NCBI GenBank assembly: GCA_050575255.1
Contig: JBNZDD010013484.1
Location: 378,575 to 442,574, forward strand
Direction of reading: 5' to 3'
Length of the DNA: 64,000 nucleotides
From: Harriotta raleighana
Taxonomy: Eukaryota
Part shown: positions 41,901-53,900 of the stretch, piece after piece
Layout: the number at the start of each line of letters is the position of its first letter
Numbering within the stretch: the stretch's first letter is position 1
Program-made: the position numbers and the translations under genes
Notes under the pieces: model-generated
Database searches by the model: none
Told to the model about the DNA's origin: nothing
What the model saw: only the letters and a program-made list of their open reading frames with translations

Positions 41901-44900
41901 TAGCGGCCAGAGAGAGGGAGGGAGGGAGGGAGTCGGGGAGGGTGGGGGGGGGGAATGGAGAGATGGAGGAAACAGAGAGAGAGAGGGGGGGAGAAAGGAG
42001 GTGGGGATGGAGAGATAGAGGAAAGGGAGAGAGTGGGGGGGGATAGAGAGATGGGGGAAAGGGAGAGAGAGAAAGAGAGATGGGGGAAAGCATAATGGAG
42101 CGAGAGAGAATAATGCAGGCAGGATGATGCAGAGAGAGAGGGAGTGGGGGGGGTGGAGAGATGGACGAAATGGAGGGAGAGAGAGAGGGAGAGTTGGTGG
42201 GGAATGGAGATGGAGGAAACAGAGAGAGAGAGAGGGAGAGAGGGGGGGAGTGGAGAGATGGAGGAAACAGAGAGAGAGAGAGAGAGAGGGGGGAATGGAG
42301 AGATGGAGGAAAGGGAGAGAGGGAGAGACAGGGAGGGGAATGGAGAGATGGGGGAAAGCATAATGGAGCAAGAGAGAGTGATGCAGGCAGGTTGATGCAC
42401 AGAGAGAGAGAGAGAGAGAGGGAATGGGGGGATGGAGAGATGGAGAAAATGGAGAGAGAGAGAGAGGGAGAGTGGGGGGGAATGGAGAGATGGAGGAAAC
42501 AGAGAGAGGGGGAGTAGGGAGGATGGAGATTTGGAGGAAACAGAGAGAGAGAGAGAGGGAGAGTCGGGGGGGTGGTGGAGAGATGAAGGGAATGGAGAGA
42601 GAGAGGGGTGATGGAGAGATGAAGGAAAGGGAGAGAGGGGGGGATGAAGAGATGAAGGAAAGGGAGAGAGTGCGGAGGATGGGAGGGAATGGAAAGATGG
42701 GGGAAAGGAAGAGAGAGAGAGACAGATGGGGGAAAGCATAATGGAGCGAGAGAGAGAGTGATGCAGGCAGATTGATGCAGAGAGAGAGAGAGAGAAAGAG
42801 AGGGAGGGAGAGAGAGAAAGGAAAGGGAGAGCGGTGGGGTTGTGGACAGAATTTGTATGATGGATTTAGACTGAATATCTTTGAGGGTGTGTGTCTGTAT
42901 CTTTCTGTCTGTCTGTTTGTGTGTGTGTGCTGGCCGCTAGTCTTATGTAAACTCGCTCCTGCTCCTTTCAAAAGTCGCGTTCTGTTTTACCTGCATCGAA
43001 TCAGTGCTGCCGTTGTGAAGTTACGTATAAATAATAATGTACTAGGACAATATTTCTGTTATTATTTAGTCTATTATTAATATGCTATGTGTTAAAATAA
43101 TTTTTATTTAAAAAAAATTATATCTTTAAAAATATATATTTTTTAAAAACTATTTTTTAAAAACTCCGTTCAACCAGAAATCCATTTAACTGCCACTGGC
43201 CAGGTCCCGTGGGTGCTGGATAAATGAGGTTTTACTGTATTAGATTACTATCATTACTATTTTTATACATGATCGGACTGGCAGCTCCATGGAAATCAAA
43301 AATAAAGATATTGCAGCTGTTTTGTTTATTTTTAAAGTAGATTATTTTAAGTGAAGTTGATTTACCATTGAGTTGCAGACATGCAAAGGCGTTATATCAA
43401 ATGCAAGGATTATATTATTAAAGTTCACGAAAAGTAAGGAATCCTGTAGCCTGTGTCAAACAAGAGGGCAAACTAAAATTTGAAGTAGAGTGAATTGACC
43501 AAACAGTGGGAATATCTGAAGTGGACTGAAAAGGATAGATTTTAATGGAGAAACACAACTCAGGACTTGGAAATCCTCCAGCTGTAACTAGCCTGCAGTA
43601 ATATAATTCTCATTACATCATCATACAATGACTATTGGATTTATTTCTGCAATTACCAGCTTTCAATTGAGGGCTTCTCTATGGAACTCTAGTGAGGAAT
43701 TGGCTGAGCATAAATAACTTGTTTCTGGAAAGCTTTGCAAAGTTCTTCATGAAGCCAACATGGACATGCCTCTATCTAGAGAACATATAGAACTTCCCTG
43801 ATCAGCAACATCTTAATTACAAATGGTCATTATTGTCATGAGCACTAACCGAGGACATCATTAAATCTCGAAGGCATCCGTTAATATATTTATAACAAGT
43901 GGTTATCTTCATCCAGAGTGAAACTATAACCTAACCAGCAGTTACATCTGGATTATTGGTAATTTCACAAACTATAGCCAATGCCTAAATATGTACACCA
44001 TCTGGATAAAAATGATTTACCAAGAATTGGACTGAAATCTTGGAATTAATATTTCCAAATTAGAAACGTCTGCACACGTTCACAGGCTCTGTTCAAAATG
44101 TAGGGTGATAGGATTAGAATTCAGAGAGCTGCCATTCCCGGTAAATTATAAAATGCTGGACAAGTCAGACTGGGCAAAATGATCTTCTCTAGATCTGATA
44201 TTCTCAAAACCAGATGACTGGATCCTCAAACAGGAGTTAGTCATTTGAATCCCAGATTCAAGTAATATCTAATGTTGGGAGTCTCACAGTGAAATGCTGC
44301 AACAGAGTTGACTAAGTACTTGAAGAGAGGTCCAGACCAGAATGGGACATCTTCCAAAAGGCTGGTCAAATCCACACTGTAAGTGGCACTGCAATCTAGT
44401 AGCCCAAACAAGTGGCCATTCATTTTATGGGATGTAGAGAGCCAGGTCTATTTTAGATTGATTTAGTCAAATTGTATGGTAAAGATCCAAAGAAACACTG
44501 TCTTTGTTAGTGAACGATGTAAAATAAACTCCAGTGAATGTTTTGAAACAAGGTGATTGTGGGTGGGGGTGGGGGGAGAGGGAAGGGAAGAGAAGCTAAA
44601 TAACACCAATGTTGAGCGCAATCTAGGCTTCACCCCAAATCCATGTATGCACATAGCTTCCACCAATGTCTCGTGGACAATCCATCTACCACCTGGTGAG
44701 ACTTCTAAACATTAGGGATTGAATTTAGGATATCAATGGTCTGTTTGGCTCATTCCCACACCGGGCATTAAACAAAACAATTGAACCAATTTGACAGTCT
44801 TATCCCAATAATCTAGTGTTTCTGCCACAACATTTCCTGTTGAGATAAAAGTGAATTTTGTAAAATGCTTTAGAATAAGAACAATTGTTTCAGCACACTG

Positions 44901-47900
44901 GGAAGGCTATCCTCTACAGCACATCCTGCAGAATATGGAAAATCTGAATCTTTTATTAATTTGGGGTTTAACTGTGCCAGAAATCTCAGCTAATCTGAAT
45001 GTACTTAGTTAGATCAGCCAGACCACAGAAAGCATAGAAATATGCTTGGATTTCTATTAAACCTGGACTTTTAACTGAAACCAAATCATAATGTTCTCCT
45101 ATTTCCTATTTAGCACTGGAAAAAACAAATCACAATAGAGTCCGTGGGGATAAATTCTGCTTAATTTTCTGATGATGCAGCCAAAAATAAATTGCATCGA
45201 TTTTGCTACTGCTAGTAAAATGTAGCAAAGAAAGTAAGATTCGTACGAACGAGAGGCACAGTGGAGTTTTAGTGGTACGGACATTCAATCTGTTTGAAAC
45301 AGCAGTTGTGATCCACCAAACCATAACATTGCCCACAATCTATACAAAGCCAGAGAAGTTGACAGTACATATTCTGTGACATGCTTTGAGACTGCTCAAT
45401 GGCATGATAAAGCACCACATCAAAGGCAAGGATTAATGTAACATTACTACAGTATTACAAATGGTACCTGTCCAGTGCCTTTGGACCCCCTCCTGATATA
45501 AAAGGCGCAAGTGTAATTCTCTAGTTGTCGTTCGTGGTGAGTGACAACATCAGTGTTTAAGGCACTGCTTTGGAATTCCCTCCTTCCGCCAGGGTCCTCA
45601 CCACTCCCCCTCCCTAAACAACTTTGCCATAATTACTCCACTTACCCTCTCAACCACCATCTCTCAGATGAAGCATATCACCTGCTGCCTCGACTCTCTC
45701 CCCACCCGTTTACTGGTCTCCCAAATTCACTCCTCTCCCCACTCACACAAACAACCAGTTGTTGTACTCAGGTGCTGTTCCTCTCCCACTTAAAATCGCT
45801 GTTATGACCCCCTTCCTGAAAATACTCACCCTTAAACTCTCCAAACTCAATAATTATTGACCCATTTGTGACCTGCCCTTCCTTGCCAAATCTCTGGAAT
45901 GAGTTGTCACTAACCAGCTTTGCTGTCACCTTATCCATTACCTCCTTGAGCCCTTCCATTCTGATTTCCATCCTACCCATAGAACAGAAACAGCCTGGGT
46001 GAGTGCATACATCTTAAGAGCCCTGAAGTCCTGTTGCTCAGTGGTAAGAGCAAGTGAGAGATCTGGATTCAAATCCCGGCAGGGCGAAACCTTGGGCAAG
46101 TTTTCTTACTCCATACGACTATTAATCATCCCTCAAAAGAAATTGGTCATTTCAATCTATGACTGTTTGTGCGACACTGCTGTATGAAATTGGCTGCCAC
46201 ATTTCGCCCATATACAGTCAATTTACTTTACAGTATATTCTGTGAAGCGAATAGAGTCGTTAAAAGCACTATATCAAATGTAATGATTATTATTAGAACA
46301 AAATGTTGAGAAGATAGAAACCATACTTCTGTCCTGCAGCTCTGACCTCCTCAACCTCCCTGAACTATCCCTCAGACTCTCCAAACCAATGTGCAACCTC
46401 AGTGTCAGGCTGGATCCACAGCTCTCCTTCCTTCCCCACATCCAGTCCCTGACCAGGACCACCCTATCTTCACCTTCACCACTTTCTCCACCTCCGACCG
46501 CACCTTCCCCAGAAACAACCGAAACATTTGCCCATGCATCAAGCACTCTGGGGTGTTACTCTGCATGAGGGGCACTGTAAAAATGCAAATTGCTGTTGTT
46601 GAATCTAGGAAACCTATGATTTGTAGAGTCCGGTGGTTAGAGCACTCGCCTTATAAGTGAGAGACCTGGGTTCAATTCCCAGCAGGGCAAAACCTTGGGC
46701 AAGTTTCCTTACTCCACACACTTAATAACCATCCCTCCCAATTTTTTTTTAAAATTTGGCATTCAATTCAAGGCCTGTTTGTGAGACACTGCAAATGGCT
46801 GCTGCATTTCGCCCACAAATATGAGGTTAATTTACTTCACAGAAAATTCTGTTAACGCTTTGAGACATCTAGAAGATGTGAAAAGCACTATGTCAAATGC
46901 AAGGTTTATTATTATTATTAGTAGTAGTACAACAACGACAACAACAAATTGCATTTATATTCTATCTTCCTAGTCAGGAGAATGTTTCCACTATTTGTGA
47001 GGGTTACTGAACATGGAGGTGTTCAATCACATCCAGAACAGACAGTGAAAAATAAACATAATGCACTATTTAACCATGGAGATTTATTTATTGAGTGGTT
47101 TGTAATGTTGTTCAAAAGACGAGTACCATAGCAATGTACGACACAGTAAAATGCATCCAGTTTATTTTTCCACATCAGTGTTTAGGAAGAGTCACATGTT
47201 ACAATTGAAGCTATCACTTTATTATCTAAGGAGGTGAGCAATGAAAGATTTTCAGCGCAAAATCACATCCACTGGTGAGGGTTTGGAATATTGAGCTCAA
47301 CCTCACTGGTCTTGGTATTCCCACTTTGCCAATCATAGGATGAAACCACTTGGCCCATGGCCTGTTCTGCCATTGAGTCATTCAATATAGCTCTTCATCA
47401 TTCTAATTCCATTTGTCTAACTTTATAGGAACTTGTTTGAACACAACAAAATAGCAATAGGCATACTGATAGTAGATTCTAAAGTGACCTCCATGGCAAT
47501 GAGAAGCAAATACATTTGGCCCTCGCTGAACGCGGGGGTTACATTCTTGGAAAACAGCTCACTTGGTAAAATTCCGTTCGGTAAGCTTAATAAGTAATGG
47601 GAAAAAAGGGGTTAGGGGAATCCATCCACAGGCTATCGAACCTCAAGCCTCCAAGCGCATCGACACCCGATCAATGCAAGCTATGTACTGAGGCCACATT
47701 TATTTCTTCCCGTATAGGCGAATCTGTACTTGAGAACGACTTTGCCTTCATTGCGACTTTCTCGAGTACAGATTCGCCTTCGACAAGGGTTGACTGAATA
47801 ATGACCGCCGCCAAAATAGCTTGCCCCTCTCTAAATAGTCATCCTTCCTTCACTCATTCTTCCTTTCTCTCATTTGTCCTCCATGCCACATGTGAGAGGC

Positions 47901-50900
47901 CAGAGGTCTGGAGTTTCTGCTGATTTTAGCCTTTTTAACACCTGCAGTAAAAGAGGTCTAATTTAAGACAATACTCCTAAGGCTAAGATCTCAAGCATGT
48001 TAAGGTTTCTGCTCAGTCTTATTCCACAATAATAATAATAAACCTTGCATTTAATATTACACTTTATCACATCTTTGAGATGTCTCAAAGCACTTTATGG
48101 AATATAAAGTAAATTGTATATTTTATGGGCGAAATGCAGCAATCAAATGCAGCAGTGTCCCACAAACAGTCCTGGATTGAGAGACCAATTTATTATTGGT
48201 AGTAACGGCGGAATTAAAATAAATTGTCCTTGCACTTGATTAGGGCCTACCGATCAACAATTTATGTTGACTTTATGTAACTAACCTTAACCTTGTGACA
48301 CATTAAAGTCCCTGAAAAGACAAGAGTTTCAACTCACCTTTCCCACATATGAATATTAATGCCACGGAAGCTTTCACTTTATTTGTGAAAGCACAGTCTC
48401 CCAACTGCTGAGAGTCACAGAGTAAGCAATAAACTACCCATTGCTGCTGAGTCAGTTGTTCCAACTTAGTGTGCCGTGTTTAGAAAAGTTCAGGGGTGAA
48501 AGCACGTGGCTCCTTCCACAGCAGCATTGTAATAATAATGACGTACTTCCACATGCTTGGATCTCATAGCTAACATAACATCAACTCCCACTCCCTTTTT
48601 ATCCCCTTCACCTGTCCATTCCATCACTGTCTTGACATACAGGGTACAGAATATAATAATAATAGTCATGATAATAATCTTTATATTTGATCTAGCTCCT
48701 TATCAAGTCTTCAAGATGTCTCAAAGCGCTTCACAAAATATACTGTAAAGTGAATTGACTGAATATGTTGCGGGTGAAACACAGCAGCCAATTGTGCACA
48801 GCTGTGTCCCACAAACAGGAGTGGATTGAGTGGCCAAATATTTATTTTGAAGGAAATATTGCCCCCAGAAAAGGGATCTGCCAATCGACTAACAAAAGGG
48901 TTCCTACATACTTCTAGGTAAACAGAAGTGTATGGAGTAAGGACACTTGCCCAACGTTTCACCCTGCTAGGAATCAAACCCAGGGATCCTCTTTTGTGAG
49001 ATGAGTGCTCTAAGCACTAAGCTACTTGACTCCATATAGAGCTGCTCAACATAGGAAGGTTGTTTGCTAGTTAAAAATGAACGCTAACTATTTTACAGCC
49101 ATTACTGAACTCTTTGCTTCACGCACTACTGAGATCGCAAAACAAAACAAATTGTGTAAATGCTCCTATACAAGTCACGTTAAAGGGTTGTGCTCATAAA
49201 GCAGTAGGACATGTAAAATAGTCTGCTCTGCAAACCTTTTAACTAGTGGCCCATTTGTCACAAAAGTAGGCTGCTCAACAAAACGGGTGACCTGCTGTTA
49301 ATAAACATAATCTACCCCCATGGTTTGTGTTGAACAGGTCACTGAAAGTGTGGAATGCCCTCCAACATTTTGATCAAGGTTAATTGTTTTAAAAGGCATG
49401 TTTGCATTTGATAATAAATCCATTGTGCACTTTATGAATGATGCGCAAGATGTATTTTTATGTCATGCAAGTTCCAGGCCTTTAAACTGAAGAACTGCTT
49501 AAATCATGTAAGCAGGATCATTTGATGACCTGTGAGAGCACAATTGAAATAAATCATTGTTGCATTAAATATAACATCTTTTACATCAGTTGGACATCTC
49601 AAGGCACTTCACAGGATTTATTGCAAAGTGAAGTGCTCTGCATTTTGTAGGCAAACTTGCCAGTCAATTTGGGTACAGCAATATTCCACACACATGAAGT
49701 GAATCACCAATTTATTTGGGGCACCATTGTTTTTGGTAAGCTGGCTATTTGATGTGTCACCATGCTTAACAATATCCAAATCAGACTAAGAGTTCCATAC
49801 ATGTATTCAACCTTGACATAGAAATTTCCCTGTGTCTGGAATGGAAAGTGTACTCTTTCCCTGGAGGGATGCACCCAGCGTATCTAAGTATGGAGGCACA
49901 GGACTGAAGTTATAAAGCATTTCATGGCTGTGCACAAATTAGCTGCCACAATTTCTTCGAAACACAACCAAACTCTACGGCAGTGGTTCCCAACCTCGGG
50001 TCCCAACCTCAGGGTCGCGGGGCTCCTCGGTAGGGTCGCGAAGAGTCATCAGAATTTTATTTTTTTTCCTTTTTTTAAATGTTGAAAACACTTTTTTAAT
50101 GCTAAGAAAAAGCTTTTAATGTTTTAAAAACAAGTTTTGAACGCTAAAAAAAAAGGACACCGCCGACCAATTTGTATAAAGAGTTGTTGCGCTGAGTCCA
50201 CAAAACAGACGGAGATAACGTTTTGGCTGAGCTGAGCTTCAGTCCCGATATCATCCCCTAGTGGTGGGAGGCTAATTTGGGTCGCAGCAAATAAGTTTGG
50301 TTTGCAAGGATCTGCTGGTGGTTAATTTGGGTCGCAGCAAGAAAAGGTTGGGAACCATTGCTCTACAACATATCCTGTGAAAAGCTTGGAGATACCCTCC
50401 TGATGTTAAAGGCACTATATCAAATGTAAGGATTATTATTATGTTATAGATTTGAAGAAATGTGATGGACCACAGCCACATTTATACTGTAGGGGACTGT
50501 TCCTAGAACCAACTCACCCAAGAGGTGTCAATACCAAGACTCTTGTCGAATTTTAGTTCATACTGCAGGTTTACTCAAAAATTGCTGTCAATATACATAA
50601 TTAACCACTGAAGATGCACTGAAAACTCTATATTCAATCTCATAGTGTGAGAAAATGCTGGTGGTATCTTTAATAGATTTCTTTAAACTGAGGGTTGTGG
50701 GAATTGGGTACATTTGCCTTTACTGAAACTGTTTCATTCTCCTTGTCTCACTGTATTTGTTTTCCCAAAATGGACACAATTATCTAATTTCATGAAAGAT
50801 ATTGGAACTTTGCAGCATTTTGCCAAAGAAAATTGAAAGAATTCTTCACAAATGATGCATGGAAAATAACAATGGGATGCAAAGGCAAAGTAAAGGTTTC

Positions 50901-53900
50901 TATTTGAAATATTACAAAATATTTATTCCTATGGATTTTTACAATAAATTGCAGAGCCAATAAACAGAGAGAAAATTACTCAAACTGCTACACATCCTCA
51001 GTAACAACAAATTAGCAAAGATGTGAATCCCAGCCCCCTCCTGTAAAGTGACTGGCATCAATGAAACAAGAATGGTAGTGCGACTGTGACTCAATGAAGA
51101 AATATAATATGAACTGTCCTATGGCCTACATAAAATGTATAATATTTGTCACATTGGAAATTATCTCAGTGCTTAACAGATACAAAAGTAAACACCGAGC
51201 AAAGAAAGGGGAGATTTAATGAACTTCATTACAAATCATTGTCGAAGATAGATGTTTTAAGATGTTTGAAGGTTTGAAGGTAGGCATAGAAAAACAACAA
51301 GGTGAAAATGTTTTGGAAAACATTACAGAGGAAAAATACATTCTGGCTTGAAGTCCGGCTACTGATAGTGGAATAGAAAAAGTGAGAAGGGAGAAAAAGA
51401 TCAGGATCTTAAAATTCTGGGTTACCGGCAAGTTGTAGCTTATACACTGGGGATTCAACTCCAGAGATTGGGAATATAAGTGGTGGCAATGTGAAGGAAT
51501 CTGAAAGAAAATGATCTGGAGTTGAATCCCCAGTGTATAAGCCACAACTTTAGTAGAGAAGTAAGGAGTGTTTGGAACCACATGTGGAAAAGAAAATACA
51601 GTTACACAACTGTTGATAAACTGGAGATTTTTGAGCTTCAACAACAATAACAAATATACAGTCACCCACAAATATATAGTTGGTTTTCCTGCTCTCTTCC
51701 ACCTACCCCACCCCTCCCCTTACCCTCTTTCCCCCTTTTATCCCTGGCCCCACTTTCATGACTGATTGTGGGACATTGCTGTGCGTAATTTGGCTGCCGT
51801 GTTTCACCCACAAATTTACAGTCAATTTTCCTTCTCTCCTTCCCCCTACCACAATCCCTCCCCCCTGCTCTGGTCCCTACCACTTTCCCCCCTTTCTTCC
51901 CTTTTTTCTTCTCCCTACCCAACCCCTCCCCCCACCCCCCCATGCACTGGTCCCTACTTTGGGACGTTGTTGTATTCTGTGAAGCGTTTTGAGACATTGA
52001 TAAGATGTGGAAAGTGCTATATAAATGTAAGGATTATTATTATTATACTATAACAACAACAAAATTACACTTGTATAGCGCCTTTCACGTCAGGAGGACG
52101 TCCAAAGGCACTGGACACTCACTATTCAAGAGAGGGAATCCAGCAAGGGAAGTGTTAGAAACATCTATTGTCAAAATTGAGGATTTCAGCAGCAGAGGGT
52201 GAAGTAGGGATATAAATGGACTCTGTTCTGAAGTTGGAAAAAGATTGTTTTAGAAATAAGACAATATGGGGTTTAAAGGACAGTTGAGGGTCAAATAAGA
52301 GTGACAAGATAAAGCACTGGCTAATTAATTCTAAGTGAGCCTGAGAGAATGAGAGCAGTTAGAAGTGTGAAAGTGCTAGTGAGAACCCAACAAGATAGCT
52401 TCTGTTCCAGAACCCCACCCCCATGCACAGCGCTTTGGGACATCCTCCTGACGTGAAAGGCGTTCTATAAAAATTTTGTTGTTGCTGTTGTTAATGTCTG
52501 ACAGGTTATCAGGCAAAACCACAGCATTCCTGGGTGGCTTCAGAATATATGCATGCAGATATTATCTCCTATTAAGGAGAAGCATATCAAATATGCATTG
52601 CTTGGGCCCTACAGTCCTGCTGTTTTGTCTGGGCAGAATTTGTGAATCTCAGCCTGGACTTGGGCATCACAATTGCCTTCAGAGGATGTAGGTTGAAGAG
52701 AGGAAATACAATTAGGCTCTCTGAGATCCATTTGTGTGAACATAGTGATGACAGCATCACATTGCACAAAGATACTATCTGTGACCAAATACCATGCCTA
52801 CTCTCACTGTCAAAGCTCACACATGAATGAAGACCACTTAATTAAGGTACTGTAGGGAAAGAAAACCTACAGAATCATATCCCAGTAGACGGTTTCAAGA
52901 GAGAAGATGGGAGTGAATTGATGAAGAAACATCGGCAGAAAGAAAGAAAATAAAAATGTCATATTGCAACCCTGGAATCTCGGAAACACTGACAATAACA
53001 TTTCCTTTTAAATGACCAAGAAGAATCCAAGGGTGAAATTCCACTGTAAGATCATTAGTAAATTGAACAAAGTTTGAAATATCACCCCCGCTCATTTTTG
53101 AAATGAAATATAAGGCAGTCAATTTTCCCACACATATTTGAGGATGAGACTAATGTAGGGTCTTATCTTCAGATACTTATTGAAAACATAGTAAAATACT
53201 GACAGATTATTTTGGTGTTACACAAATAAATTTCCAATAGTCTGTGCTATCCATGCAATGATAAGGAGCTATGTTCCTGTGTCTGAGGAGCAAATTCTTG
53301 CTCTGCATGTTGACTGTATTGTAGTTCATGGTAATATGTTTATTGAACTTATTTCAACAAAGATTGCAAACTTTACTTTGTAAGATTACTTATAACAAAG
53401 ATATCGTCTTGCCTTCTTTGTGCAAAACCTCCTATTACTCTACTCCAGCCTGACCACAAGGTGGTGTAGAAGAGCCAGCAACTCAGTGGATCTGCTTCTG
53501 ATATTCTTGACTTCAGTGGAAGTGGAAGACTCCAATAAGGCTATTCTGTGACTGAGACAGGGGACTCCGTGCTGCAAGGATATTTTCGAATATGACTTTG
53601 TGCTACACTTAACCCATACCAGCTACCAATGCTTGTCACCAAAGGGAGAAACTCTGATGACTAATTGCTACATACCAGAGGCTAAAAAGCAGACACATGC
53701 CCACTCCACCCCCGAATGTCTCAACTGTAACTATAAAATGCCACCAAATGTGGGCTAAATATTGGCCCCATTCATGCAGAGGGATGTGTGCTCAATACAT
53801 AGATAAATAGAGCTAAAATATATTTCCCACTACACAAAAGGTGAACGTGAGGCATTGACTGGGATAAGTCCATTAAGAATGCTTAGAACAAATAAAATAA

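Noticed and set aside
41767-43080. Longest ORFs in the track (300 and 366 aa), and similar ORFs at 27201-28046 and 40033-40277
   Set aside because: They arise from stop-free GA/CT low-complexity tracts inside MITEs and show no protein-like content.
51216-51671. 151-aa ORF present twice (also 54357-54812)
   Set aside because: No recognisable domain or splice context; the second copy comes from the N-hinged duplication.
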